Assembly: GCF_037042905.1 (NCBI RefSeq)
Contig: NC_087250.1
Coordinates: 20,400,001 to 20,464,000, forward strand
Length of the DNA stretch: 64,000 bases
Direction of reading: 5' to 3'
Source: Lytechinus pictus
Lineage: Eukaryota
The translations under genes and the position numbers were made by a program. Under the pieces are notes generated by a model. The model made no database searches and was not told where the DNA came from. It saw only the letters and a list, made by a program, of their open reading frames with translations. The first letter of the stretch is position 1. Every line of letters starts with the position of its first letter. This document shows, piece after piece, positions 51,501-64,000 of the stretch.

Positions 51501-54500
51501 AAATATCAAGAAATACAACCAGTTGATCCAGGGAACAAGGGGTTGATAAAACTCACTGAAATTAAAAAGATTTAAAAAAAAGTTTATTAGAGATCACATT
51601 ATTTTGTTATTATTATTGTTATTATTATTATTAGTAGTAGTAGTATTATTTCAAAATGGGTGTGTACAGAAGCAAATCACATGACCACCCAAGTGTCTGT
51701 ATGTATAATTACAAACTATATTCTAAAGAACCAAGTCAATTCAGGAATTTCAAAATCTTTGTACCCTAATTGTGACATCACTCCTTTGTTTTCATTGTGT
51801 GAAGGGCTGAATTGAAAAGTTATTAAAATCTTGATTATTTGATTTGTGACCTCATATGGGAGCACCATTCCTAGATAGCCAATTGTAAGAAATCAATGAA
51901 ATGCCATTTTCTCAGAAAATTGAAAATGGTTTTTACTGCACTTTTTGTACTTTATTGAGAAATGCCATTTGTCGTAACGATCTCAAAATGAGTTGCTTAC
52001 TGACTTATCAGAGCGATCAATGCGATGTTATTTACTGGGTTGAAAGCCATTGATTATATTTACATTAAAGCAGTCCTCAACTACTCATACCTGGCCAGTT
52101 TCCTGACCCATAATGCTAGTGTAGTCTAGTAATATAGACCCACTTGGATGATAACATGCTAATTAACTACTCAATACATTTTTACCGCAATAATTATGTT
52201 GCTAAGTAGCAAAACAATTATTCTTCATCTCAAAACATTTTAGTTTCTCTACACAAATACAATAAAAGGTTAATTTATTCTCTGTAGTATTAGTAGATAA
52301 CGTACATTTTAAGACTACAATACATGTATGTATTTATAACACACAGTCAATGAGAGACCACACACAGTTCACTCCCCCTTTAAAAGAATATATTTGATAT
52401 CAAATATAATTGCCAGCTGAGGCAACCATCTCAAAATGAGTTTGAACAGAATCTAATAAAATGGCCACCCAAATGTTTGTATGTACAAATAAAAAAATAT
52501 GTGCTACTAACTCTTAGAAAAAATGTGTAATTGCTGAGAAATTAGCAAAGTAAGCATAGAATTCCATAAAATGTCCGGCAAGTCATATTAATACACTCTC
52601 CCACATATGCTGTTCTGTGTTAGTGATCATCCAAACTATCTGTTTTGAACTAAGATTTTGTGATTTTCACAAAGATAAGTTTGCATTAATGTTCTAGATC
52701 TAGATCTGTGATAAATATGTGGCAATTAAAATGAATATTAAAGACTTTCTCATGAAATAACTCTTTGCTGCAGCTACTTTTGTTTACCTTCAATCTCAAA
52801 CTTGCAATTACAATGTACATACCTAAGCCAGAGGGAGAATTCCATCGCATGGTAACCGATTAACTTGTTCCAAAACCATGAGGGTGGTGTCGTAGAGATG
52901 CTCCTCTCTGTGCGATTAAGCTTAGATATCACCACCATATCGGTATGAGGGTACCAAAGAAAACGAAAATGCTCACTCCCTTCAACATATGCATCTAAAT
53001 TATCCAGGACCTGATGGAAGAGAGATTCAATTGCGGGAATAATTATCATTGTCATCGTTGTCATTGTCACCATCATCTTCATCACCATCATTACATTCGT
53101 AATGAAATTCATGTATATCGTCAAATCATCACCATTTCCATCATCATCTTCATCATCATCACCATCATCCTTATCATCATCGTCATCATCATCATCTTAA
53201 TGATCTTCATCATCATCATCATCCATATCATCATCTTAATGATGTTCATCATCATCACCATCATCATTATCATATCATCACCATCATCCATATCATCATC
53301 TTAATGATCTTCATCATCATCATCATATCATCATCACCATCATCATCATCATCACCATGATCTTCATCATCATCATCACCATCATCATTATCACCATCAT
53401 CACCATCATCTTCACCACCACTACATTATTGTCATATTTATCAGCACCATCGTTTTCCACTACCATCATCATCATCATTACTATCATCGCCACCACCACC
53501 ACTTACGTCATCAAGTGTTGTGGAGGTCTGAATCTCATGCAGCCTGTATGCCGGTTCACACTGTATGGTCACTGTGAGAATAATACCAAGAGCTCCTAGC
53601 CCACAACAGGCAGCGCTGAAAACATCCGGGTTTTCTGAGGCTGAGCACTGCAAGACTTCTCCTCGCCCAGTCAACAGCTCCAAGCTAACGATCTAAGTAC
53701 AGAACAAAGAAAAAGTTACCTTCACTTGCAATATATATATTGTCCCAATTACACAAATCACTGATGTTGCAGTATTTTGCTTCAAATCATTCAAATTTGG
53801 CAGCTATGTTGGTTAAAATGGGAGGTGGATACTAGTACTGCCCAATTTCTCAAATCATGCACAAGAGTGAGAAACAAAGAAATCCCTTCTTTATACAAGA
53901 CATATATTTGGTAAATTGGACAATATACAGCTGTGCTCAAAAGATAGTGAACCCCTCTACAAAATGCACTACTTCATTGTGGGTGTTGAATGTTGACACT
54001 ACAAACGTACAACACTACAATGTTCAGTGAGCCTAGAGAAACAAACTTGATTGAATGTTATATCGCCTGACTTCACAATTAAATATCTGAAACATGTCAG
54101 AACTTGAAAACTTGATATATGTTCATATGTTAGGGTTCACTAACTTTTGAGCACCACTGTATATGGCAAGTGAGCAGGCAAATTCTATTTATTTATTTAC
54201 TTATTTATTTATTCATTCATTTATTTTGATTTTTCATTCATTCATTTTTTTTTCTTTTGGGGGGCCTACTTTTCAGATCCTAATGATTTAATCTGCAACA
54301 ATGAATAGGCTTTGACATTGCAGTGAGTGGAGCATGTTGGGGGCAAAACAGCCCGAGCCCACATGGCATTTTTCCCCCTGGAACTAATGGGGGTTTTTCC
54401 GTTTCACACCGCGCCAACCTTTGCAAGAGCAAATCAATACTCTGCACCTCTAAAATCAGTATTTACTGTAAAATCAGTGTTTATACCAATAAATGAATAA

Positions 54501-57500
54501 ATAAATGAATAAATGTTACCATTGAAATCTGTTTTTAATTATTTATTAGTATTATAAATTTTCACATTTTGATAAGAGTTAGTCAGTTTAATATTCAAGC
54601 TTTCTAATTGAAAGGTATTATTACATTTGTTGCCATGATACCGTGATTGTATCCAGTGCCGTGAGTACCGGTTGAAATAGCGCCAGCTATAGTCTGCTCT
54701 GAGATAGCTCCAAGTCTATGGGATAAACAAATGACAAAACAAAAAGGAGATAACATTGAATATGGGTCCCTGTTTCAAGGGGGATAGTTCACAAAGGTCA
54801 TCAGAATAATATCAGATGTGTATGATATTTTGCCCATTGAATTCTACTCTATTTATATAAATGCATATTACCTCTAGGCCTCCTTGGCAAGTTAATACTT
54901 TTATATGTACAGATAAGTTTGCCTAAGTCGTATCTTTTGGGACCACAGACTTTTGTTCGAATTAGGGAAATAGGTACACGTTTAGAATAATCTGGTCTAA
55001 ACATTGCTTTGACTTTCGGCAATTATTCGACTTATGGAAGGTCGACTTATTTTCAGCACAGCGAACCCCTTTAATACAAGCCCTGAGTGATGTGTACTTA
55101 CACACTAAGAGCAAGTCCATGTCTTGGTAGGATATCAATATTGAGTTTCTCCAGCTTGACTCCAGCCTCTACATGAATCTGACATTTGTCAACATCAACC
55201 TGAAAAAAAAAAGAAAAAAAATATGTTGAATAGCGCTATCTGCGGCGAGAAACAGGCAGTGCACAAGATGGATCAACATTGAAGCTGAACCCAAAAGTAG
55301 ACAAGTTTGAAGCCTCCGATATTAGTAGTTGTGAAACTGTATTGTAGTTATTAGTTACAGTAGCTGTAGAGGAAACAATATCGAACAGGCTAAGTATCTC
55401 ATTTTCCCATTCAATTGACCCAGTCTCCTGATGAAATTGACACTCCAGACCACTAACTTTTTAAGTGGTAAAGACAAATGGTTTCAAATTTTCTGACGAG
55501 AACAATTTATCCCATAATTTTATAGGCAATAATTCAAATTCCACATTTTAGGTTGACTTAACATGGATTTTATACATCTTATTATGATAATCCATACAGT
55601 TTAGAATAATATTTAGTCATTCTTAATAAAGTTGTCATCTTGCTTTGGGAATGTGAAATTTTAATTTCTCTATAATTGTTTTCCAACTACATGTACATCT
55701 GGGCCCCGTCTTACTAAGAGTTAACCCTAATTCTCCAGGGGGGGGGGCCATAATGGCCCCCCCCCCTTGACAATTTTCGCGATATATCTGCTGCGCAAAT
55801 TTTTTTGACCTCGCCGCTCACTGACTTTTTACTTTCAAGTCTCGCGCAAATTTTGAGACCAAATTTGTGACGCCCGGGTACACGGTTACGACATTACGCA
55901 ACATTATGTAAGTGCATGTCAGACCCAAAATTGCTCATAAACGTGATTTCATGTACAAATCCAATGCAAATTGTGTATTCAGCCAAAATTCATAAATGTA
56001 TCATTATTTCTACTTTTACTGATTAAACTGAATTAATTTTGCCTTGTTTATGATCAGAACTAAGTCTGGAATGATTTCCATTGAAAAAACAATAAAAAAC
56101 AAAAAGTAAAAAAACAAAGAAATACATAAGAAATTCATAAAACAATAAAATACATAAGAAATTGATTTCCGAACCAAAGTTTTTTTAATTGCGATTGTTA
56201 AGATTGCTACAAAGAATTTTTTTACAAAAAATTAGCATTCTAGGAGCTTTATTTAGTGAATTATAGCAAAAAGTATGATTTATGCATAAATTAGCATAAT
56301 TAATTCATATAAAATAAAATCTCATTATTTTGGAAAATTTTACCATACAGCCTTGTAGATTACATCGCACACTACCAGTGTGCAAATTTTTGCGTCGCTC
56401 GCGCAATCGGCGGCCGAGATCTTAAGGGGGGGCCATAATGGCCCCCCCCCCCCCCCCCCGGGATTGACAAGAATCAAAATACCCCGGGAGATTGAGGGTT
56501 AAGATTGATCCAATCAATCGTAACTCTATGGAAATCCATCAGTGTCATAATTTTTTCAACAGGAAATTTGCACAATGTCCTTTGTAAACAAAAAGAAGCA
56601 CAGTGAATTTTCAAGAAAACAATGAATGCATGAAGAATATGCATCATAGTTGGAAAATATTTTAAACAAACATGAATAATAGATGTTGACGTTGCTGGCC
56701 GTCCATAGTTGTGATTGATCAGATCAATCGCAACTCTTTGTAAGATGGTGCCAGGTCTCATTCTATATGGTCTTATCCTAGTTCCTCTACAACCAATTTG
56801 TCTATTAACAATTCATTTAGCCCATTCGCCAGGCATTTTGTGTAATTTCCAAATAGGAAATAGTCGTCTAATACCCACTTGGTTTAACACTTCAATAGTC
56901 TATATGTGTTTATAAGAAAAAAATTAATTTTACAAAAACATATAATACGTAGACCAAGAAGAAGTACGACCAACTGGGAATTAGACTAAATGAGAATTCG
57001 ACTAAATGAGAATTACACTATTAAAGTGGGTTTTACACCAAATGCAGAGTGGATCAAACAGCAATTAGACCACATTTTTAGTAGACCAAATGGGCTTAGC
57101 CAATGTGGAATTAGACTACAGCGTATCAGGTACCAGATAAGTAGACCAAATGCTTGTTGACTAAGACAATAAACTAGGTTTGGAAATAATTTCTGAATTT
57201 GCTGGCTATTCATTTTTATATTTGAAAGCTACTTTCTTGCACTAATGTCAATTGAGTGGTAAATACATAAATTTATATTAGAGATATTGTCTGAGGCAGA
57301 TCTGACAGCAACTCTATTGAAGTTGTTTGATCCAAAGAATTTCATTTGGGTAAAATTAGGGGTGATTTGGGTTGTTATTAGGGCATAATCAACGCATCGC
57401 AATCATCTTTTGCCAACACCAACATGAAGCGTCATGGTGTAGCGGTACTGAGTCTCGCCTTGTAATCAGAGGGTAGTGTGTTCGAATCCCACCATGGCCT

Positions 57501-58919
57501 AGCGTCCTTTGGCAAGGCGTCAATCCACACTTTGCCACTCTCCACCCAGGTTTTAAATGGGTACCCGATAGGATGCGAAAGCCTAATTTACGAAGTATGT
57601 ATAGCAACTGAGTCTTGGTACTCTCGTTGGATTGCTCCCCTGGGAGTGGTGGAAATGCATACATTGTATGCGGGCATGCCAGGATCCGAAGCCTGGTGGG
57701 TGTTTCATAAAGCTGTTCGTAAGATAAGAGCGGACTTTAAGAACAACTGGTGATCCTTTCTTTTGGTAAATGCTATGTACCATTGACAATGGTTTAGCGC
57801 GTAAGAAAGGTTCACCAGTCGTTCTTAAAGTCGCTCATAACTTACGAACAGCTTTAAGAAACACCCACCTGGGGTGGTAAAGCACTGTATATAAAGTGGA
57901 TTATTATCATTGTCATCCATCATTATTATTATTATCATTATTCTTAAGCCCATCATGTGCTCACCGATATGACTTTGTTGATGTGTTTCATGTTGATCAT
58001 GTATCCCGTTGTACAGGCGATATCTGATGGTGAATGCCTACTGCCACAGACCTTTACTCTCTTCCCTTCTTTACGAGCCATGTGGACCAACTAAAGTATA
58101 TCAAGATAAAACATCATTAAAAGGGATACTCAAGGCTGAATATAAAGCTTGACTTTCACAGACCTGGGTAAGCTCTAATGTTTTGTGGTTCAAATTGCCA
58201 CTCAGCCTTCCAGGAAATAAGATTGAGATGCTCTAAAATCCTAAATTATACAACATAAAGCTTGATTTTCACAGACCTAGAACCGTATTGCTCTGAAATG
58301 TCTTGTGGTTAAAATTGCCACTCAGGCTTACAGAAAATAATGTTGGAATGCTCAATAATACACAACATAAAGCTTGATGTTTACAGACCTGGGTAAGCTC
58401 TAACGTTTTGTGGTTCAAATTGCCACTCAGGCTTACAGAGAATAACATTGAGGTGCTCTAAATTATACAACATAAAGCTTGATTTTCACAGACCTAAAAC
58501 CGTATTGCTCTGAAATATCTTGAGGCTAAAATTGCCACTCAGGCTCACAGAAAAATAATGTAGGAATGCTCAATAATACACAACATAAAGCTTGATGTTT
58601 ACAGACCTGGGTAAGCTCTAATGTTTTGTGGTTCAAATTGCCACTCAGGCTTACAGAGAATAACATTGAGGTGCTCAATAATGTAACATAAAACTTGATT
58701 TTCACATTCCTGTTAAATACCTGTAAGTTGGGAAATGTCTTGAGGTTAAAATTGCCACTCAGGCTTACAGAAAAATAATGTAGGAATGCTCAATAATACA
58801 CAACATAAAGCTTGATTGTTACAGACCTGGGTAAGCTCTGAAATGTTTTGTGGTTCATAGTACCGCTCAGGCTTGCAGAAGAATGTCTCTGCCCAGTTTC
58901 TGAAGATGTATCCCTCCAT
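45488..58919 (-). CDS. GULO: L-gulonolactone oxidase (FAD-linked aldonolactone oxidase), 438 aa, intact
   Basis: Minus-strand exons 58919-58827 (gccaccATGG; MEGYIFRNWAETF), 58090-57965 (GSRHSPSDIAC), 55199-55102 (VEAG), 54715-54625 (LGAISEQTIAGAISTGTHGTG), 53692-53507 (GLGALGII), 53010-52823 (FRFLWYPHTD), 51555-51406, 49402-49241 (EVRF), 47874-47784 (GGRPHWAK), 45619-45488 (LDPHGMFLNAYLERI, TAG); 1317 nt with no internal stop. Confidence 0.96.
45745..46730 (-). mobile_element. Helentron/HINE-like element with ~160-190 bp internal repeats rich in tgacctttgacct
   Basis: Subterminal gtctcacctgcat / atgcaggtgagac, (gcc)n tract; small related fragment ~42010-42075. Confidence 0.7.
46870..47452 (-). 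mobile_element. Second HINE-like element with a duplicated end
   Basis: aacaagagtgtcgctaaggcgagcac..taatacgccc present twice; ggacggacaga tract; terminal hairpin. Confidence 0.55.
48226..48629. mobile_element. hAT-like MITE
   Basis: cagggttccca ... tgggaaccccg ends; repeated aaattccctga. Confidence 0.65.
50640..51140. mobile_element. Fold-back interspersed element
   Basis: caaatagcgaat..tggtgcaagatttcgcat..ggtgaaag mirrored by ctttcacc..atgcgaaatctcgcacca..attcgctatttg; similar architecture at ~33170-33700. Confidence 0.55.
53040..53500. repeat. (CAT)n microsatellite filling a GULO intron
   Basis: Directly visible triplet run. Confidence 0.9.
53928..54159. mobile_element. Tc1-like MITE
   Basis: ta|cagctgtgctcaaaagatagtgaaccc ... 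gggttcactaacttttgagcaccactg|ta. Confidence 0.75.
55725..56498. mobile_element. piggyBac-like MITE nested at a TTAA inside the 280-bp MITE
   Basis: TTAA at 55721-55724 and 56499-56502; host MITE resumes gattgatccaatc. Confidence 0.85.
57426..57900 (+). mobile_element. tRNA-derived SINE with a nested MITE (~57693-57870)
   Basis: gcgtcatggtgtagcggta...gtgttcgaatccc head; gtcctttggcaaggc; insert gtttcataaagctgttcgtaag. Confidence 0.7.
58140..58875 (-). repeat. Tandem array (~102-118 bp, alternating A/B units) derived from the GULO first coding exon 3' end and donor
   Basis: acagacct..gctct..tgtggtt..gccactcaggcttacag units at ~58158, 58271, 58383, 58488, 58601, 58703 and the real exon at 58821. 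Confidence 0.88.
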
Positions 58920-61224
58920 GGTGGCTGGTTATATCTGGGGGAAATAGAAACAAATGAACTTGGTGGTGATTTTTTTTTATCCGATTGCAAGGCATGAATG
59001 CTTGTACAGCAAACAACCAGGGCCTGCTTCATAAAACTTGAAGACATTTACAATACCGTTTAAAGGGAAAGTTCACTCTGACAAAATTTTATTGTAAAAA
59101 TAGAAAAAATAATTTAAAAAATATTGGCGAGGTTTGAAGAAAATCCATCAAAGAATTTGTGACGTCATATGCCTGCATCGATCATATGGTAAAAATCAAT
59201 GAAATTTCATTTTCTCAGAAATTTGATAATTGATGGTTTTTATTTTCAGTACCGGTATATAGCGGCATATCAATAAACAAATGGTTTTACATCCGCCCCT
59301 AAAAAGTAAATAAAAATTAAGTCATCATGAACCATTAATGCATTTTATAATTACATAACATATTGGGCAGCTGCTCATTAATGATGCCAGAAAGTACACA
59401 AATACCTACAAAATCTAAATATGCAAAAAATTTGCCAAAATCTGTTACGATATCAGCTTCCAAACTTTGCATGTGAAATATTTTGGTCAATTGAAAATGG
59501 TATCGTATTACCAAATGTTGGTTTTCTATGGAAAAAATTGGGGAAAAAAATCACTGATGAGCTATTTTGACAATACAAAGTCAAAGACTTTGCCTTTGAA
59601 AATGTGTTTTTTGACCATTTTTTTATCATCTTCCATTCAAGTTCTAATGTTGCAAAATTTTGAGCGTATGAAATAATTTTCTAAAGCCATGATGTGCGCA
59701 TACGGTATGCCGTCAGGTAATATACAACAAGCCTGGTCCAATCACTCACTGTACTGAATGGACTGATTTGTCATTACACAACTTAAAGGAGAATGAAACC
59801 CTTGAAACCAGCTGAATCCATATCAAAGAGAGAAATCAAAGAAACATATTGTTGAAAGTTTGAGGAAGATTGAATGAATAATAAGAAAGTTATGAGCATT
59901 TGAATATTGAGATCACTAATGCCATGTAGATCCTCCCATTGGCAATGCGACCAAGATCTGTGATGTCACACACGTACAACTCCCTCATTACTTTAGTACT
60001 TATTTCACTTATATTCTCACTTTTATAGAGTCTATCACAAGGTGAGGTGTTCTCTTTATGAGAGGACAAGTACAGAGGTTTCACAACATTATATCATTGA
60101 TGAATCGTTTGTCATATGATTAGAATGAGCAAAAAGAGATGTTTTGGGGTATATTTTCAGTGTCCAAAAGGGGAGAGTTGTTCATCTGTGACATCATAGA
60201 TCTTGGTCGCATTGCCAATGGAAGGATCTCCATAGCATTAGTGATCTCGACATTCAAATGCTCATAACTCTTCTATTGCTAGTCCTATTTTACTCAAACT
60301 TTTGTTGATCTTATTCTTTGATTTTTCTGCTTTCACAAAAGCTAACTTGCTCCAAGAGTTTCATTCTCCTTTAAGCTTGTTTTCAGTATTTTGTTGTAAG
60401 ATAATTGGGATGTCATTTATCATTTATTTAGACAAACTTAAATATACCAAATCAGGATTTTTAAAAAAATGTTTGCAGCAGTGAGATTTGAATAGATAAA
60501 TAATTAATTTGCTAATTGATAATTACTAATCAATACATTTATCCAATACTGCAATACTGAGATCTTTCTGTAAGTATTCAATGTTTTATCATTCTGAAAG
60601 TTTTATTTAGAAGATGTGTTGTTGCAGAAGTTCCTGTAAAAAAATTCCAAACAATAAGGAAATTATATAAGTTTGTATATGTTCGGTAATGAGTTTATGA
60701 ACAATTAACATATCAATTTACTAATTGATAATTACTAATTAAATATTTAATACATTGATTAATTAAGACAAATAATGATATCCTTTCTCATCACCTGTTT
60801 TTACTCAGTTTAATAGAGTAAAATGAATAATTTGTATAATTTTGTAAAAAAACATTTTTTGGTCACGGTCGGTCACACATTTTGAATGGTCGCAATGGTA
60901 AGACAATGCAATGGCAATAATTAAATCAGATTTTTAATATTAAAAAAATCATAACTCTCTTAATATTTGGCCTATAGTAATGGTTAATTTACCATTTTAA
61001 ATGTTTTTTTCAGCCCTTTCCAATGGACTAGGTAACATGCAATGTAATTCCATGATTTTTATCTTTTTTGTCACATACCTAATTTAGGTCTAGGCCTTTA
61101 TCTTCTCTTGATTTTTTAATACATTTTATTTTTTGGCACACATACCGTACAGACATACTAGAATCTAGGCGGCCTAGGCCTACTCATAAACAGATAAAGC
61201 CTTTTTTTTTTAAGGTACATTTTC

Positions 61225-61669
61225 GGAAAGAGTTCCATATGCACCCCCCACCAAAAATAACAAAAGATTGTTGAGACTTCCGGTTCGTTCACTTCAGATT
61301 TTTCTATCATTTTTTTACTGTTGCTCACCTTATTTGGGACTTGAACTCACCTCGTTTGATCTGCAGTCAAGACCTTTCCCGCTATGCTAGCGAGAAGCGC
61401 TGATACCGGAAAGGGTATTTTTACGATTATTAGCCGATAGTTCGACTAGTCTTGACTCGCAGACCCTTTACTGACTAAATAAACCGATGTCTATGGACAA
61501 TTACACGCACAAGATCTCGCTCGAAATTTGACGGAATAAAGCCATATTTTGGTATGTATTTCCACTTCCCCATCATTTATGTTCGATATTAGGACTAAAT
61601 ATATTATTCTGAACCTTCTCCATGTTTTTATTTTCAATTTTAGTGGGGGGTGCATATGGAACTCTTACC
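61225..61669. mobile_element. MITE with GG termini and perfect 8-bp TSD (Merlin-like), carrying a tRNA-Cys-like segment
   Basis: acattttc|ggaaagagttccatatgcaccccccac ... gtggggggtgcatatggaactcttacc|acattttc. Confidence 0.8.
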
Positions 61670-61699
61670 ACATTTTCAACTGATTTTGAGGGGAAAGGA

Positions 61700-62950
61700 T
61701 TGGATTTGGACAAAAGAGTGAGTTGTGCGAGAATATGCGGCTGGTCTACGGGAAACTGCCCGCCTAAGTCTCGGCTGTCTAGTTGGTCGTGATTGCGGCT
61801 TTATTTAATTACGGCAATCAGCATGCAGCAGACCTCCCTGTACCTCAAGCGATGTTCGTGCAGGCTCCACTCCACTACCGCTACACTACGCTCCACTACG
61901 CTCCACTACCCGGGTAGGTGGAGCGTAGAGTGTAGTGGTTGTGAAGTGGAGTGCGAGTGGAGCCTGCACGAACATCGCTTGAGCTAACCCAGGGAGCTCC
62001 AGCCCGCGCAGCGGGCCGGAGCCCAGGAGCTTACTGTGTAATTCGCCATACCCCACGGTAGTAGCGTGAGGTATGGTCTAAATCATTTTAAGAGTAAATA
62101 CTTAAAGCAGAAATTAAGCACTTACCACGATTATATTGTAGTAAATTAATTATTAATAAATTAATTTCTTGATAACTTGGATATATTATTCTCTATGTTC
62201 TTCATGTTACATGTTTATATGTCGTTTTGATTCGAAATTAATTGAATCATCACTATTGGTAACTCTATGTGCTGATTTTGATTTCCATTGATTCGCAAGT
62301 CAAGAGGTAATAGATTGTTTTTTACCAAAAATTAACAATCTTCCCTCGATCGCCTAGCTCGCTTGGCGAAACACTTCCGAACCGAATCACGTGACTGCTA
62401 TGTTTTTTCACTTAATCGAGAGACTCTCGTTGAAGTAAACACAACAGTCGATCAGAATTAGAATTTAACTCTGATTTTATACGATTATCGTGCTTGACCG
62501 TTGATTTATTCTAAAGATTAGTCCCAAGCAGGAACTCGTAGAAGTTGATTTTGTAAATTGATCATTCTTTATTAGTTAATTTTAGGTCTAACGTCGCGCG
62601 GTTTTCAACCAACATCAGCGCAACGCACCTCTCTGTCTGGCCCGAAGCTCCAGGCAGGGGTAACGTTCACGAGCCGGCTGTCGTCTCCATGAAGGCAAAT
62701 TCTGAACGAGTTTTCTTTTCGTCAGTTTTTACTGACAATTTGCTGGAGTTAGCTGCCAATTGTCTCTTGATTCAATATTTTCGCGAAGATAGCTAAATTC
62801 CTTGTTTCCATATTGTCATATTTCTTGTTCGTAGATCTAACCTTAACTTAACTTCACGCCAAGCTTTGTCTGGTGTCAGCCAACGGCAATAGCGTATACT
62901 ATAGCGTCTGCCTATCTGACGTGTAGGTGTTGTGCTGTAGGCAGCACTAT
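61700..62950. promoter_or_regulatory. CpG-enriched putative promoter region upstream of GULO, with E-box TCACGTGAC (~62387)
   Basis: Local CpG enrichment; the GULO ATG exon has an acceptor at 58935-58936, so a non-coding exon lies further right; candidate minus-strand donor GTAAGT at 62125-62120. Confidence 0.35.
61843..61984. repeat. ~140-bp GC-rich fold-back palindrome flanked by TA
   Basis: ctcaagcgatgttcgtgcaggctccactc / gagtggagcctgcacgaacatcgcttgag perfect 29-bp arms, with further pairing inside. Confidence 0.85.
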
Positions 62951-64000
62951 CACTACTTTGTCTTTGCATTGTTTGAGCTCAATTCGGCTCTTACTGGGAA
63001 TTAAAATAATTTATTTTAATTCCTTTAACCTCTTGAATTTGAGCTTATCAGCTGAGTTAGAGCTGTGAATTGGTTTTTTTACCTAAAATATATATCAGAT
63101 CTTTGTCAGTTTGTGATAATTCTGATTTTTGTAAAACTAGCTCGACGACGAATTTAGCCATAAAAATATTGGATCAGAATAATTCCAAAGTGAGAATTTA
63201 ATTAATCCCGAATAGATCTAGTATCTTCATATAGTTTAGGGAATTTTCTTTTGCAGATAATCTTGTTCATCTTTCAGGTGTTTGTAATTTCCTGACTGTG
63301 TATACCTGGAGCCAACAAGTGCAATTGTTTTGCTTTGCCTTTTGACTCGGTGTACACTTGTTTGAACGAGGACTTGGAATTTAATTTCAGGCCCTTAGTT
63401 CTTTGTAGGAAATTTTTCTTGGAGGTTATCCTGGATTGTCTTTTTGTCTGTTTGAAATTCAGGTTTTTTAAGTTGAACTTTTAACAAGCATTGTTAGATC
63501 AGGATTTTTTCTTTGGAATAATTCTTGCTTGTAAATTTGATTTCTATATTTCTAAAGAAAGATAGATCTCAACTGAAGGTACAAGAAGACCTGAATTAAA
63601 TTTTAATAAGGCTCTTGAAAATACTTTAAGCAAATCAACTTTTGATTCTGATTTTAAGTGAGATGTACAGATACTATTGATCTTTGATATCAGAATATTT
63701 GATATCAACATTCTTTGAATTTTTTTTTTCTTCATATGGTTGCTCTGTTAATGTACTTTGGAGCATCATTCTTGCATTGACAAATTGCAATTTTTTTTCA
63801 GACTCGTGAATTCAAACCTTCAGTGAAATACAAAATTCACTGCTGTCATTTTGCGCGAATTGATTTCTAAATAGTCATTTTTAGGCTCATTGCCATTCAC
63901 TTTCATTTTAAGTTGGTAACTTATCCCCATTCTAAAAAAGGAACCAAAAAGAGGGGGAAAAAAAGAAAGAAAATCGGATGTGGGATAAATATGTTTGTAA

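Noticed and set aside
45488..58919. GULO as a pseudogene, since most exons are missing from the ORF track
   Set aside because: All ten exons were found by hand, in frame and with canonical splice sites.
62600..64000. Possible 5' UTR of a divergent plus-strand gene
   Set aside because: No coding exon visible in the window; cannot be supported.

Overview
AT-rich, intron- and repeat-rich eukaryotic DNA; repeat style and gene content suggest an echinoderm such as a sea urchin (inference). I reconstructed three spliced genes by hand from GT-AG junctions with continuous phase. (1) A 5'-incomplete indoleamine 2,3-dioxygenase (IDO)-family gene on + (11 exons, 531-13620) with a remodelled distal pocket and a 54-aa C-terminal extension ending in a tail-anchor-like segment. 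(2) A 4-exon SLC10/bile acid:Na+ symporter-family gene on + (25583-29554, ~362 aa) lacking most canonical Na+-site residues and carrying a dileucine motif. (3) A complete 10-exon L-gulonolactone oxidase (GULO) on - (58919-45488, 438 aa). The rest is MITEs (TTAA, TA and 8-bp TSD types), Helentron-like elements, tRNA-derived SINEs, a decayed L2-type LINE, a minisatellite and microsatellites. Exon boundaries of IDO and GULO have been repeatedly duplicated into local tandem arrays. The copies of the GULO C-terminus differ from the real exon mostly at synonymous sites. Repeat coordinates are approximate unless a TSD is quoted; alignments to reference proteins are from memory.
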